From the NCBI GenBank assembly GCA_027002475.1, contig JALWZS010000030.1:54827-118826 (forward strand): a stretch of DNA of 64,000 nucleotides. Reading direction: 5' to 3'. The notes beneath the pieces were generated by a model. It saw only the letters and a program-made list of their open reading frames with translations, was not told where the DNA came from and did not search any database. The translations under genes were made by a program, and so were the position numbers. Positions within the stretch are counted from its first letter, which is position 1; the number at the start of each line of letters is the position of its first letter. Of this stretch, positions 27,934 through 38,535 are shown in pieces. Source of the stretch: a bacterium. Its GTDB lineage: Bacteria; Patescibacteriota; 4484-211; GCA-002791395.

Positions 27934-28887
27934 ATGCGCGCAAAAAAGAGAAACTATTACTACTTGAAAAAGAAAAAAGAAGCAATAAAGAGACTCCTAA
28001 CGTTAGTTTCGTTACTCTTTGTGTTGGTTGGTGTAGTCATAGTTATGTTTTTAATGCATTGGAACCCGTTTAAAGGGTTTAGTGCGTCTTGGTTGTCGTC
28101 AGTTGTAAAAGACGAGGCCCCTAAGGTAATCAATAGGGGCGAGTCGCTTATCAAGGAAGAATTATCTAAGTCGAGCGAAGGGGAAGATGAACAAAACTTT
28201 AAGGGGAGTGTTATCTTTCGCATTGGAATAATGTCAGATACACATGGTGCTACGGAAAATATAAAAGAAGCTTTAGCCCAAATGCAACTTGACGGCGTTG
28301 ATCTTGTTGTACACCTTGGGGATTTTACTGCTGGCGGAGATCTTAATCAGCTTAAAGAAGCATACGATGCGCTTGAAAGCAGTGGCATGCCGTATCGGGT
28401 TGTCCCTGGAGACCATGACTTTAATTGGATACCAGATCATTCCTATTCAAACTTCGAGAAGTATTTTGGTAGGGCAGGTAGTTCTGTTGTGGCTGATAAA
28501 AATGTGGTTGTCATAATGTATGAAAATGCGACCGACACAACAGAGGAGAGTATTGACTGGTTAAAAACTACTTTGTCTAAGTATTCTGACACATCTGCAC
28601 CAATATTATTTTTTAGTGCCAAGCCTTTGTATAGCCCCTATTTTAAGGCAAAAGAAGATGCTCGTGGCGCTGATGTTGTTTCATTGCTAATTGACAAGGG
28701 GGTTATGTATGCGTTTGCTGGTGATACTCATGTATACGCACAATACAAGGATTTAAGTGGGAGGTTAAATATGGTAACAGTTGGTGCCTTGGGGGAGTAT
28801 AAAAATCCACTACCCCAATGGGTTTTAGTTAATATTTACAGTAGTGGAGATATTGAGGTAAAGCCCAAGCCACTTGTTGATTTTTAA
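27934..28887 (+). CDS. Membrane-anchored calcineurin-like metallophosphoesterase
   Basis: SDTH, HLGDF, PGDHD, AGDTH; N-terminal TM. Confidence 0.85.
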   Translation: MRAKKRNYYYLKKKKEAIKRLLTLVSLLFVLVGVVIVMFLMHWNPFKGFSASWLSSVVKDEAPKVINRGESLIKEELSKSSEGEDEQNFKGSVIFRIGIMSDTHGATENIKEALAQMQLDGVDLVVHLGDFTAGGDLNQLKEAYDALESSGMPYRVVPGDHDFNWIPDHSYSNFEKYFGRAGSSVVADKNVVVIMYENATDTTEESIDWLKTTLSKYSDTSAPILFFSAKPLYSPYFKAKEDARGADVVSLLIDKGVMYAFAGDTHVYAQYKDLSGRLNMVTVGALGEYKNPLPQWVLVNIYSSGDIEVKPKPLVDF

Positions 28888-28927
28888 GTATTGTTCTTTT
28901 TTGAAATTCGGGTTAGAATCTCATTTA

Positions 28928-29509
28928 ATGATTGAAAAGACAGTAGTTCTAGTTAAGCCAGATGGAGTTCAACGTGCCCTTGTTGGGAAGATTATTTCAA
29001 GGTTTGAAGATGTTGGGTTGAAGCTTGTTGCGTTAAAGATGGTTTGGGTTGATAAAGATCATGTCGCTAAACACTATACCGATGAAAAAGGTTACCTTAC
29101 AAGCGTTGGTGAAAAGACACTAAATACATATGAAAAATATGGAAAAGATCCTAACGAGGAGTTAGGAACCGATGATCCATACGAGATTGGGAAGATGGTT
29201 AGGAATTGGAATATTGAATTTTTAAGTTCGGGCCCGGTTGTTGCTATGATTTGGGAGGGGGTTCATGCTGTTGCTACGGTAAGAAAGATTGTCGGTGGAA
29301 CCTTGCCATTTGCTGCAGAGCCAGGAACGATTAGAGGTTCTTTCTCTATAGATTCACCGGTTTTGGCAAACGATAAAAAGAGAACTGTTCGTAACTTAGT
29401 ACACGCTTCTGGGAATACTGAAGAGGCTGAGTTTGAAGTGAAACTGTGGTTTCACGATGATGAAATTTACTCTTACAAACGTGCCGATGAGGCAATAATG
29501 TTTGAGTAG
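28928..29509 (+). CDS. ndk: Nucleoside diphosphate kinase
   Basis: KPDGVQR, PGTIRG, NLVHAS. Confidence 0.95.
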   Translation: MIEKTVVLVKPDGVQRALVGKIISRFEDVGLKLVALKMVWVDKDHVAKHYTDEKGYLTSVGEKTLNTYEKYGKDPNEELGTDDPYEIGKMVRNWNIEFLSSGPVVAMIWEGVHAVATVRKIVGGTLPFAAEPGTIRGSFSIDSPVLANDKKRTVRNLVHASGNTEEAEFEVKLWFHDDEIYSYKRADEAIMFE

Positions 29510-29622
29510 TTTCTCGTAAGACCTCACTGGACTTTGCCCACTGTATACTTGCCAGTAATGTTCTTGTGTTCTAATAAATATTAGCTTGCAGTTTGTTGTT
29601 TATGGTGTTTGTGTCTTGGAAC

Positions 29623-29699
29623 TGGTACCCCTGGGAGGACTCGAACCTCCAACCTTCTCCTTAGGACGGAGCTGCTCTATCCAATTGAGCTACAGAGGC
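29623..29699 (-). tRNA. tRNA-Arg(CCT)
   Basis: Cloverleaf, anticodon loop GTCCTAA, T-loop GTTCGAG, CCA. Confidence 0.93.
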
Positions 29700-29719
29700 T
29701 TGTGGGTTTAACCTTGATA

Positions 29720-30379
29720 TTATACCAGCTTTGTCTTATGTCCTTGTGTAAATAAGACTGTTTCTCCTACAAGTACTAAGTGCTTGTCTTTTATAATGAT
29801 CCCGGAGCCTTCGGGAGATGCAAGAATTGGGTTGTTAGTTGTTTTACTGTATTCTTGTAATTCTCGATCGAGCTCTTCAATCCCTACGTAGTGGGGCGAG
29901 AATTCAAAATGTGTCAGATTCAGTCCTGATAAGTCTTTAAGATTAACGAAGTTATCATCACAATCAAAACTTGGGATTGAGGCCATTGCAATGTTGGGTG
30001 TCATGATAATACTTCCTGCACTCATACCAGCGAGAATCCCACCTTGTTGCACGAACTCTTTGAGTGGTTCCATTAGACCTTTCTCTTTTAGGACTTTGAG
30101 GAAATAGAAGGTGTTACCTCCTGATAAAAATATTGCACTGCTTTGTAAGAGTGTGTTTAGTTGCTTGGCTGAAAACTCTTTATCTGCGAAGAATGTAGTG
30201 ATGTTATTAATTCCAAGTCTTTTAAATGGGTCTTGAAATGCTGTAAAAAACGGTTCATAACCGTTAGAACTTGATGGAATAAATGTAATAGCAGGATTAC
30301 TAGGGAGCATGTTAACAAACGCCTCATTAAGTTCCTCGTTATCTTCAAAGCTTCCGCCACTGTATAGTACTAGCTTCAT
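29720..30379 (-). CDS. Peptidase E (S51 family)
   Basis: SGGNTF.L, G.SAGS, PHY. Confidence 0.88.
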   Translation of the reverse strand: MKLVLYSGGSFEDNEELNEAFVNMLPSNPAITFIPSSSNGYEPFFTAFQDPFKRLGINNITTFFADKEFSAKQLNTLLQSSAIFLSGGNTFYFLKVLKEKGLMEPLKEFVQQGGILAGMSAGSIIMTPNIAMASIPSFDCDDNFVNLKDLSGLNLTHFEFSPHYVGIEELDRELQEYSKTTNNPILASPEGSGIIIKDKHLVLVGETVLFTQGHKTKLV

Positions 30380-30533
30380 GCGCAAAGTATATGTGTCTTT
30401 ACTTTGATACGCAACCGGTTGCGATATGTGGCGGCGCATTTAGGGAGTAAGTGCTATTTAATGAGTTTGTTTTAGCAGCCAACCTTTAGGTAGTTGGAAA
30501 GATTTGTATCGTTTGCGGTTTGTTGTTTGACAG

Positions 30534-30610
30534 TGGTCGGGGTGGCCGGACTTGAACCGGCGGCCTCTACGTCCCGAACGTAGCGCGCTAGCCATCTGCG
30601 CCACACCCCG
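30534..30610 (-). tRNA. tRNA-Pro(CGG)
   Basis: CTACG-TTCGGGA-CGTAG anticodon arm, CCA. Confidence 0.96.
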
Positions 30611-30621
30611 ATAAAACAATA

Positions 30622-30680
30622 TCAAGTGTGGCCATAAAGTACGAACTCTTAAATGTTCGTTACTCCTGCGCCACACCCCG
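30622..30680 (-). repeat. Hairpin carrying a 15-bp copy of the tRNA-Pro 5' end
   Basis: CGGGGTGTGGCGCAG at 30666-30680 is identical to 30596-30610. Confidence 0.8.
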
Positions 30681-30728
30681 TCTTTGTGGATTATATCTCA
30701 AACCAACTTCATGCAGTATACTAGTATT

Positions 30729-30992
30729 GTGAGTAAAACCTTAACGAATAATCAGGCGCTCATAAACGCGATAGGGTGGTACGGGGTTCTTGCTATACTG
30801 CTTGCGTATGTACTTTCAAACCTTGAAACAATATCCATAAATTCCTTGGTGTACTTAGGGCTGAATTTTACAGGAAGTATCGCAATTGTATTAGAAGCAT
30901 TTACTAAAAAAGACCGACCAGTAATCGTGCTTAATACGATTTGGGCACTGATTGCAGTTTGGGGAATTATCAGATTTTTTGTAGCATCATGA
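30729..30992 (+). CDS. Small 3-TM membrane protein
   Basis: IGW.G....L.AY, Y..LN..GS, LN..W pattern. Confidence 0.7.
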   Translation: MSKTLTNNQALINAIGWYGVLAILLAYVLSNLETISINSLVYLGLNFTGSIAIVLEAFTKKDRPVIVLNTIWALIAVWGIIRFFVAS

Positions 30993-31540
30993 AGAGCAAG
31001 CAAGGTAATAGCGTGAATCTACCGAGTGGAGTTGAGCTTGAGCCTAACGAGTCGTTGATAATGATGGTAAGGCAGCATTGGTTTGTCTTCAGGGACTCTG
31101 TTTTGTTAATGACATTTGTTCCGTTTGTCTTGCTGTCTGCAGTATTCTTCCTTGAATATACATCTTGGCCAAGTGGTTTAGTAAATATTTTGAGAATGCT
31201 CTCACTGTACGCTGCTGGTATTAGTATGATTATTGGGACGTTTTTGTTCTTATGGCGTTACTTTTTATGGAAACGAACTGTGTACTTATTAACAGATAAG
31301 CGAATTATTATTGTTCGACAGTTGGGGTTATTTACGCATGATGATAGAGAAACGGGTTTAGCTATGATCCAAGATGTTCGTTCAAGGGTTGGTGGTTTGC
31401 AGGCGACGCTTTATGGGTACGGAGATGTGATTATTCAAGTATCAAGCCAGGATGCGCAGTTAATACTTGAAAAAGTAGGGCACCCAAGAGAAGTTCAACG
31501 GGCAATAATAAAGGAAGCGCACCTAAAACCTAAGAGTTAA
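30989..31540 (+). CDS. Bacterial PH-domain membrane protein
   Basis: RQHW, two TMs, LTDKRII...GLF, IQDV, YGDV.I. Confidence 0.82.
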   Translation: MKSKQGNSVNLPSGVELEPNESLIMMVRQHWFVFRDSVLLMTFVPFVLLSAVFFLEYTSWPSGLVNILRMLSLYAAGISMIIGTFLFLWRYFLWKRTVYLLTDKRIIIVRQLGLFTHDDRETGLAMIQDVRSRVGGLQATLYGYGDVIIQVSSQDAQLILEKVGHPREVQRAIIKEAHLKPKS

Positions 31541-32722
31541 CTAACGTAGGTTGATGGAATATAGGTTGTAGTTATCTGAATCTAGGTTAAACCTTGTTAA
31601 TGCAATAATTTTTGAGCCATTAAGGTTAGGGTAAACTTGCAAATCTTTAATAGAGCCTGTGAAAATATGTGTCCTGTTGGTGCCTGTTATTTCGATAATC
31701 TCAATTTTTGTGGTGTTTGCAGATATGTCTGTGACAATAATTAGGTGCTTGCTGTCTGGGAACCACTCTAGCTTGTGGCGTAGTTGTTTATCCACCGATA
31801 CGATTGGCTTTTCGCCAAGAGTGCTAGGTGTAGGTGAGAGTGCGTTTACTGTAGGGTTCGTACGTACGACGGGCTTAATAAAATACTCATCTTGCTCATT
31901 AGAAGTTTCTTTATATAAAACGTATGTCTTGTCAGGTGACCAGCTCACAACATCAAGTTTTTTAAGCTCTTTTATAAAGTCTGGGGAAAGTGTAGCAAAC
32001 TCTTCTGCTTCTTCTTTTTGCTTAATCTTTTCCCACTTTTCTTGAAGCGTATTAATAGACGTTACGCTAGTTAACTCGCGAGAGCTGAACTCAAACAAGT
32101 AGTACTTTTTTGAAGAGGCTTCGCTATTACCATTTGTGTCTGTATCTATTGTAAGGAGGAGTTCTGAGCTGTCAGGGGACCAAGAAATATCGGCTTGTGA
32201 GTATGCAACTGTACCGTCCTTAATTAACAATTGTGGATCTTGGGATCTATTGAATGGCTTTTCTTCTAAATCGATAAGCCAAATCCCGTTGGTCTCACCG
32301 GCGCTGACGCTATACACTATTTTTTGCCCATTAGGTGAGAGTTTAGGGTTAGATACCCCAGTATAGGTTAAGGGCTGAAGGGTAGGGAACTTAGGGATTA
32401 GGAGGGCATCGATTTCGGTTACAAGTTCTTTTCTTACTATTACCTCATTCGACCAGCTGTTAAATCCTTCTTTTTCTAGAACGACCTTGTATGTTCCAGG
32501 CTTAAGACCGGTGATAGATGTATTTGTTGCATCTTGGGGAACGTCGTTAATATATACAAGAGCGCCATCAGGGGTAGAAGAAATAGATATTATCCCTGTG
32601 CCTTGTATTGTGTTGGTCTTTGGGTCATACCTAAAGCCGCTTGCAAAAAAGATTACAGCTATCGTTGCAAGCGTTATAAGTAGTCCTGTAACTATGGAGT
32701 AGAGGAAATATCGTTTACTCAT
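31541..32722 (-). CDS. PEGA-domain / beta-propeller surface protein
   Basis: S.P.GA.VYIN...L.PG.Y...LEKEG; WSPD repeats. Confidence 0.82.
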   Translation of the reverse strand: MSKRYFLYSIVTGLLITLATIAVIFFASGFRYDPKTNTIQGTGIISISSTPDGALVYINDVPQDATNTSITGLKPGTYKVVLEKEGFNSWSNEVIVRKELVTEIDALLIPKFPTLQPLTYTGVSNPKLSPNGQKIVYSVSAGETNGIWLIDLEEKPFNRSQDPQLLIKDGTVAYSQADISWSPDSSELLLTIDTDTNGNSEASSKKYYLFEFSSRELTSVTSINTLQEKWEKIKQKEEAEEFATLSPDFIKELKKLDVVSWSPDKTYVLYKETSNEQDEYFIKPVVRTNPTVNALSPTPSTLGEKPIVSVDKQLRHKLEWFPDSKHLIIVTDISANTTKIEIIEITGTNRTHIFTGSIKDLQVYPNLNGSKIIALTRFNLDSDNYNLYSINLR

Positions 32723-32788
32723 CGTTGGGTATATAATACCTCATTACTGCAACCAATAGGTGCCCTCTTTACGTGTTACAATTGCTTC

Positions 32789-33799
32789 ATGTTCAACATG
32801 GTAAAACGTATTGGGATAGATCTTGGTACTGCGAACTCACTGGTTTATGTTGAAGGAAAGGGTGTGGTGCTAAATCAACCTACCGTGGTTGCTGTTTCTG
32901 AGGACGATGGTAAAGTGATTGCGATTGGGCAAGAAGCTAAGGATATGCTTGGGAGAACTCCTATGAATATAGTGGCTCGTAGGCCCATGCAAGATGGTGT
33001 GGTTGCGGACTACACCGTAACAGAGGCTATGATTAGGTTTTTCCTCGACAAGATTATGGGCAGTGTACGGTTGTTAAAGCCGGAAGTTATGGTATCTGCT
33101 CCTGCGGGGGTAACTAGCGTAGAGAGGCGCGCGGTGCTAGATGCAACTCTTTCTGCAGGTGCTAGAACCGCTTATCTTATTGATGAAAGCTTGGCTGCAG
33201 CCATAGGCGCAGGGATTCCCATTGCTGAACCCTCTGGGCACATGATTGTAGATATGGGTGGTGGCACGACTGAGGTTGCTGTTATTAGTTTGGGGGGGAT
33301 TGTGGTTCATGAAACCGCTCGCGTTGGTGGCAATAAGCTAGACGAAGCCATTGCTAACTATATACGCAAAAAGCACGACCTTGTTATAGGTGAACGGATG
33401 GCTGAAAAGATAAAAATAGAAATAGGTTCGGCGATACCTCTGGATGAGATTAAGACTATGGAGGTTAAGGGGCGAGACGCAATTGCTGGATTACCAAAGA
33501 CGGTGGTTGTAAGCTCGAGTGAGGTTACAGAGGCAATGCAGCGGCACTTAGAAGCGATGCTGTCAACAATAAAAAGTGTTTTAGAAAAAACACCGCCAGA
33601 ATTGGCAAGCGATATTGCTGATAAGGGTATGGTTATATCCGGTGGTACGGCACTTCTTAATAATATGCCTGCGTTTCTTGCACAGGGAATTGGTGTTCCC
33701 GCACATGTTGCTGAGGATCCACTGCTTTGTGTTGTCCGTGGTACTGGGATCGCAATCGAGAACCTAGATCGATTTATGCGAAATATTAAGAGTAAATAG
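32789..33799 (+). CDS. mreB: MreB/Mbl actin homologue (copy 1)
   Basis: IDLGTAN, VDMGGGT, GG.ALL. Confidence 0.93.
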   Translation: MFNMVKRIGIDLGTANSLVYVEGKGVVLNQPTVVAVSEDDGKVIAIGQEAKDMLGRTPMNIVARRPMQDGVVADYTVTEAMIRFFLDKIMGSVRLLKPEVMVSAPAGVTSVERRAVLDATLSAGARTAYLIDESLAAAIGAGIPIAEPSGHMIVDMGGGTTEVAVISLGGIVVHETARVGGNKLDEAIANYIRKKHDLVIGERMAEKIKIEIGSAIPLDEIKTMEVKGRDAIAGLPKTVVVSSSEVTEAMQRHLEAMLSTIKSVLEKTPPELASDIADKGMVISGGTALLNNMPAFLAQGIGVPAHVAEDPLLCVVRGTGIAIENLDRFMRNIKSK

Positions 33800-33801
33800 T
33801 A

Positions 33802-34911
33802 ATGGTTATCGGCATAGACGCTAGCCGTGCTGTCAGCATCAAGCGCAGCGGTACGGAAAACTACTCCTATCAAATATTGCTGGCACTTGCCAGGTGCGCC
33901 CGACAGGGCGAATTGCTAGCTTACATATCTGGGAATGGATTGGTTTTAAATAATGTAAGAACGCAGAGGATTCCTAATAAGAGGCTGTGGACGCAATTGG
34001 GACTTATGAAGCAAACTTGGAAAGATCCGCTAGATGTTTTATTTATTCCCGCACATGTAATACCTTTTCTTAAAAAGCCAACACTTCCAACTGTGGTGAC
34101 GGTTCATGATCTACGTACTGAGTTTATTCCAAAGCACTCAAGCTGGTTGCAGCGTTTTTACCTAAATCGCCTACATGAAAAGTTGCGCGCTCACCTAGCT
34201 ACCAAGATTATTGCGGTGTCAGAATCGACAAAAAAGGATTTAGTGAAAAGGCTTCATGTGCCGGAAAGTAAAATACAGGTAATCTACGAAGGTGTGGATA
34301 CTCAATTTTTCAATGTAAATAAGCTGAACGATAAAAGAATATTTGAAGATACACTTAAGAAGTATGGGTTGGAAAAGGAAGGATATTTACTTTTTGTTGG
34401 AACTATACAACCTCGCAAAAATCTAACTAGGTTGATGGAAGCTTACTCTAAATTTATAAAAGACAACCCTGATATAAAACTAGCTATTGCCGGGCAAGCA
34501 GGATGGATGTCTAAAGAGATCTACGAAAGACCTAAAGAGTTGGGGATAGAGAGAAACGTTATGTTTTTAGGTTATGTAGAACTGGAGGATCTACCATTTT
34601 TATACGCTGGAGCAAGGGCGACTGTTTATCCAAGCCTTTATGAAGGTTTTGGGTTGCCAATATTAGAATCTCTGGCTATGCGAACTCCTGTATTAACATC
34701 AAACTTGGCTAGCATGCCTGAAGTAGGAGGAGATTTAGCCGTTTATGTTGATCCGTATAATGTTGACAGTATTGTTGATGGGTTGCATGAGGTAGTGTCG
34801 ACTTCTCTTGATGAGAGCAAGGTACGTAAACATCTTGAACAGTTCTCGTGGGATAAGGCAGGGCTTGAGACCTATCAGCTTTTGGCAAAGACCGCTAATG
34901 AGGGCAAGTAA
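33802..34911 (+). CDS. GT4 glycosyltransferase
   Basis: VGTIQPRKN, YEGFGLP.LE. Confidence 0.9.
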   Translation: MVIGIDASRAVSIKRSGTENYSYQILLALARCARQGELLAYISGNGLVLNNVRTQRIPNKRLWTQLGLMKQTWKDPLDVLFIPAHVIPFLKKPTLPTVVTVHDLRTEFIPKHSSWLQRFYLNRLHEKLRAHLATKIIAVSESTKKDLVKRLHVPESKIQVIYEGVDTQFFNVNKLNDKRIFEDTLKKYGLEKEGYLLFVGTIQPRKNLTRLMEAYSKFIKDNPDIKLAIAGQAGWMSKEIYERPKELGIERNVMFLGYVELEDLPFLYAGARATVYPSLYEGFGLPILESLAMRTPVLTSNLASMPEVGGDLAVYVDPYNVDSIVDGLHEVVSTSLDESKVRKHLEQFSWDKAGLETYQLLAKTANEGK

Positions 34912-35782
34912 AACGACCGAACAAGTAAATATCGCTGGTGTGCGTGTAAACAGCCTAACGCTTAATGAGGCAGTGACTTATGTAATGGGGTTGGCAAAGG
35001 AGCGCAATTTCTGCTCACATGTCGTTACTCCAAACCCTGAAATAATTCTAGAAGCCAGCAAGCGAAAGGACTTTTTAGATGTGTTGAATAATGCAGATTT
35101 ATCACTGCCTGATGGTATTGGAGTCTTAATAGCGGCAGAGGTATTAAATGAGAGTATTCCCAATATTCCTGTTGTTCGTGGTCTATTTATTTTATATGCT
35201 TGGATTAAATCTATCTTGCGAGTAATTATTAGAAAAAGCCCAACTGTTTTAAAGGAAAGAGTTAGCGGAGTTGATGTAGTTTATGACTTATTTAACGCAA
35301 GTGGACCTTTGTCGGTATTTCTGATCGGTTGGCTAGACGAGAAGGTTCTCGAAAAAGCAGTTAAATCGATAGAAAAAAACTGGGTTAACGTGAATGTTGT
35401 GGGTTATGACTGGGGAGGCAAAATTGATGTTAACGGAGTGGGCGAAAAAGACGATGTTCTTATTAGGAAAATTAACACCGTTACTCCAGATGTATTGTTG
35501 GTTGGTGTAGGGGCACCCAAGCAAGACTTATGGATAAGTAAAAACCTTAAGGATCTTAAGGCTGGCGTAGCTATTGGCGTTGGTGGGACTATTGATTTTA
35601 TAGCTGGTGAACAAAAACGTGCGCCTGTTAGTGTAAGAAGGGTAGGGCTCGAATGGTTCTGGCGTTTAGTTCTTCAACCGTTTAGAATTAAACGCATAAT
35701 AAATGCGATAGTGCTATTTCCTTTTTATGTTAGCTTATATAAGCTGCGTATGGTAAAATCTACCCATGGCGCCAAATACTAG
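34898..35782 (+). CDS. WecB/TagA/CpsF glycosyltransferase
   Basis: TPNPE, PDGIG, GAPKQD, GVGG, GLEW.WRL. Confidence 0.9.
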   Translation: MRASKTTEQVNIAGVRVNSLTLNEAVTYVMGLAKERNFCSHVVTPNPEIILEASKRKDFLDVLNNADLSLPDGIGVLIAAEVLNESIPNIPVVRGLFILYAWIKSILRVIIRKSPTVLKERVSGVDVVYDLFNASGPLSVFLIGWLDEKVLEKAVKSIEKNWVNVNVVGYDWGGKIDVNGVGEKDDVLIRKINTVTPDVLLVGVGAPKQDLWISKNLKDLKAGVAIGVGGTIDFIAGEQKRAPVSVRRVGLEWFWRLVLQPFRIKRIINAIVLFPFYVSLYKLRMVKSTHGAKY

Positions 35783-37358
35783 CGCTTCTATTCTAGATAA
35801 AGTTGAGGACCTACTTCTTGCGAAGCCGAAGGTTCGAGTAACAGAAAAAGATGCGAAGCGAGTTCTTTTAATTTCCCCTGAAGTGGCTCCATACGCGACT
35901 GTTGGTGGTCTGTCCATGGTTTTGCCTGCTCTGGCTAAAGCTTTATACGATTTGGGGCATGATGTTCGCATATTTATGCCTAAGTTCGGTTTTATTAAGG
36001 AAGAAAAGTATCCTTTAGAAATGGTTTTTGAAGGGCTAAAAGTTCCAACGGATAGTGAAAGTAAACCCTTTTTGATATGTAACGTAAAAAAGCATACCCC
36101 TAAGGGGCGTCCACAGGTTTATATGTTAGAAAACCGTGAATACTACGAACTTCGTGAGAATGTGTATGGATACAAAGATGACGCGATCCGTTGGAATCTC
36201 CTTAGCAGGGGGGCATTAGAGTTTTTGTTGCAATCAGAGGATTGGATACCTGACGTTATTCATGCAAACGATTGGCCTACAGGTGCGGTAGTTAACTATC
36301 TAAAAACTAAGTATAAAGACACAAAACTAGCTTCTGTTGCTACGGTATATACAATCCATAACTTGATGTATCAAGGGATGTTTGATCACAAAATGGTAAG
36401 CGATTTAGACTATGATGACGGTAAGAGTGAGATAGCTGGTTTCTTTAATGAAAGAATATTTACACAAAATTTTATGAGGCGAGGGATTTTATATGCTGAT
36501 GTTGTATCTACAGTTAGCCCTAATTACGCTAAAGAGATACAAAAGCCAAGGTTCGGTGAAGGGCTAGATAGATTGCTAACCGAGGTTAGGGCAAAAGTTT
36601 CAGGTGTTCTTGATGGCATAGATTACGAAGTTATGAATCCTGCTACGGATAAATTAATTCCCTACAACTACGACATTTATAGCTTGGATAAAAAAGAGCT
36701 AAACAAATTGAGTTTACAAGAAGAATTTGATTTAACAAAGGATAAGAACATCCCACTATTTGGGTATGTTGGAAGGATCGACGACCAGAAGGGGCTAGAT
36801 ATACTAATGGATGTCATTCCTCCTTTGCTTCGTGATTTTAATGTACAGTTTGTATTTGTTGGTGGAGTTGCTGGTGGAGGAAACAGTAGCTTGGCACACA
36901 GAATCAAAGAGTTGCAGGAACAATATCCTGATAAAATCGGTGCTCATTTATTGATAGATTTTGAGTTAAGCCATCTGATCTTTGCTGGTTCTGATGTAGT
37001 TGTTGTACCAAGTCGTTTTGAACCTTGTGGTTTGGTTCCTATGGAGGCGATGCGTTATGGTGCGATTCCTTTGGTTCATGCAGTAGGCGGCATGGTAGAC
37101 AGTGTTAAACCATATGATCCGGAACTTAATGAAGGCTTTGGGTTTATGTTTAGAAATTACGATCCATATAGTTTGTTTGCTCAGATAATTAGAGCGCTAG
37201 AGGTTTATCGCAACAAACCGGTTTGGGAACAGTTAATAAAGCGTGCAATGAAGCAAGATAACTCATGGACCAATAGGGCATTGGAGTATGTACGTTTGTA
37301 TGATAAAGCAATCCAAAAGGCTAGACGTGGGATTGGTCCTAAGGGCAAATTTTTGTAA
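35766..37358 (+). CDS. glgA: Glycogen synthase
   Basis: EVAPY...GGL, HANDW, TIHNL, PSRFEPCGL. Confidence 0.92.
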   Translation: MAPNTSASILDKVEDLLLAKPKVRVTEKDAKRVLLISPEVAPYATVGGLSMVLPALAKALYDLGHDVRIFMPKFGFIKEEKYPLEMVFEGLKVPTDSESKPFLICNVKKHTPKGRPQVYMLENREYYELRENVYGYKDDAIRWNLLSRGALEFLLQSEDWIPDVIHANDWPTGAVVNYLKTKYKDTKLASVATVYTIHNLMYQGMFDHKMVSDLDYDDGKSEIAGFFNERIFTQNFMRRGILYADVVSTVSPNYAKEIQKPRFGEGLDRLLTEVRAKVSGVLDGIDYEVMNPATDKLIPYNYDIYSLDKKELNKLSLQEEFDLTKDKNIPLFGYVGRIDDQKGLDILMDVIPPLLRDFNVQFVFVGGVAGGGNSSLAHRIKELQEQYPDKIGAHLLIDFELSHLIFAGSDVVVVPSRFEPCGLVPMEAMRYGAIPLVHAVGGMVDSVKPYDPELNEGFGFMFRNYDPYSLFAQIIRALEVYRNKPVWEQLIKRAMKQDNSWTNRALEYVRLYDKAIQKARRGIGPKGKFL

Positions 37359-37371
37359 ATAGCCATACATT

Positions 37372-38535
37372 ATGAAACTTGCGTTACTGCTACATGCTTA
37401 TCAGCCGCCAACGCAATTCCCAGAGGTTCTAAGAAAAATAGCAAAGGAAACATATTTACCCTTACTTGAAACACTGCAGCAAGTTAATACTGGAAAAGTA
37501 ACGATGAATCTAGCAGGTTCACTTGTTGAGCAGTTAAGGGTACAGGGGTTGGGTTATATCGTAGATGGCTATGTAGATTTATCGACAAAAGGAGTTATAG
37601 AATTAGTTGGTACTGCAGCATACCACGCCTTATTACCAAAACTTCCAACAAGCGAGATAGAACGTCAGGACAGTGTTAACCGACTAATAAATTCTGATCT
37701 TTTCGCTGCTCGCAACCCGAAAGGTTTTTTTATTCCTGAGATGTGGAATAATTTGCAAGTTTTATCGTCAATAAGTGACTTGGGTTATAAGTGGACTGTA
37801 CTTTCTGAATCTGCCTTCCCTGGCGCTGGGATTGTGGAACAAGGGCAGCATGCTTCGCTAGGCACTAATAAAAAACTGTATGTATTAAAGGACAAAGAAC
37901 TGGTGCTCTTTTTTAGAGATCGACCGTTATCTCTTATGTTAGCGTTTGACCACACGTTAACCTACAAGAAAGCTTTGCGCGCAATTAAGGAACATATAGA
38001 CTATTCTGGAGATGAGTATGTAATTTTGGCGGTTGATGCTGAGACCTTTGGACATCACATAAAAGGAAACCTTTCATTACTACGAGAACTTTTGGACTCA
38101 GACGAGTTGGAGTTTGTTGGAATCTCTGATTTACTAACGCTTCCTTTGGAAAAACATGAGGTAGCACCGGTAGAGGCAACGTGGGGGGCCATGGAGCAAG
38201 AGAATGGGGAAAGGGTGTTTGTTCGCTGGGATAATAAGGATAATCCAATACATGCGTTGCAATGGGAACTCTTTAACTTAGCACTTTCGGTTGGTGTTCA
38301 TGAGTCTGTTAGCCCTGACATTTTGGACAAAGCATTGCACTCGGACCAATTTTGGTGGGCGAGTATGGCACCTTGCTGGCACGCACAGATGATTATAAGA
38401 GGAGCAGACATGCTATATCAGTCAGTTGCTGCGAATGCTGAAGATAATGACGATGTCCAAAAAGCTAAGGGCTTATACGATAGTCTAGTACGACGAGTTA
38501 ATGAAAATGGTGCTGGTGAAGTAAGGATATGTTAA
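37372..38535 (+). CDS. Glycoside hydrolase family 57
   Basis: H.YQP, YHALLP, F.PE, DAETFGHH. Confidence 0.85.
   Translation: MKLALLLHAYQPPTQFPEVLRKIAKETYLPLLETLQQVNTGKVTMNLAGSLVEQLRVQGLGYIVDGYVDLSTKGVIELVGTAAYHALLPKLPTSEIERQDSVNRLINSDLFAARNPKGFFIPEMWNNLQVLSSISDLGYKWTVLSESAFPGAGIVEQGQHASLGTNKKLYVLKDKELVLFFRDRPLSLMLAFDHTLTYKKALRAIKEHIDYSGDEYVILAVDAETFGHHIKGNLSLLRELLDSDELEFVGISDLLTLPLEKHEVAPVEATWGAMEQENGERVFVRWDNKDNPIHALQWELFNLALSVGVHESVSPDILDKALHSDQFWWASMAPCWHAQMIIRGADMLYQSVAANAEDNDDVQKAKGLYDSLVRRVNENGAGEVRIC

Noticed and set aside
30458-30676. 72-aa ORF on the minus strand
   Set aside because: Translation of tRNA-Pro and its upstream hairpin
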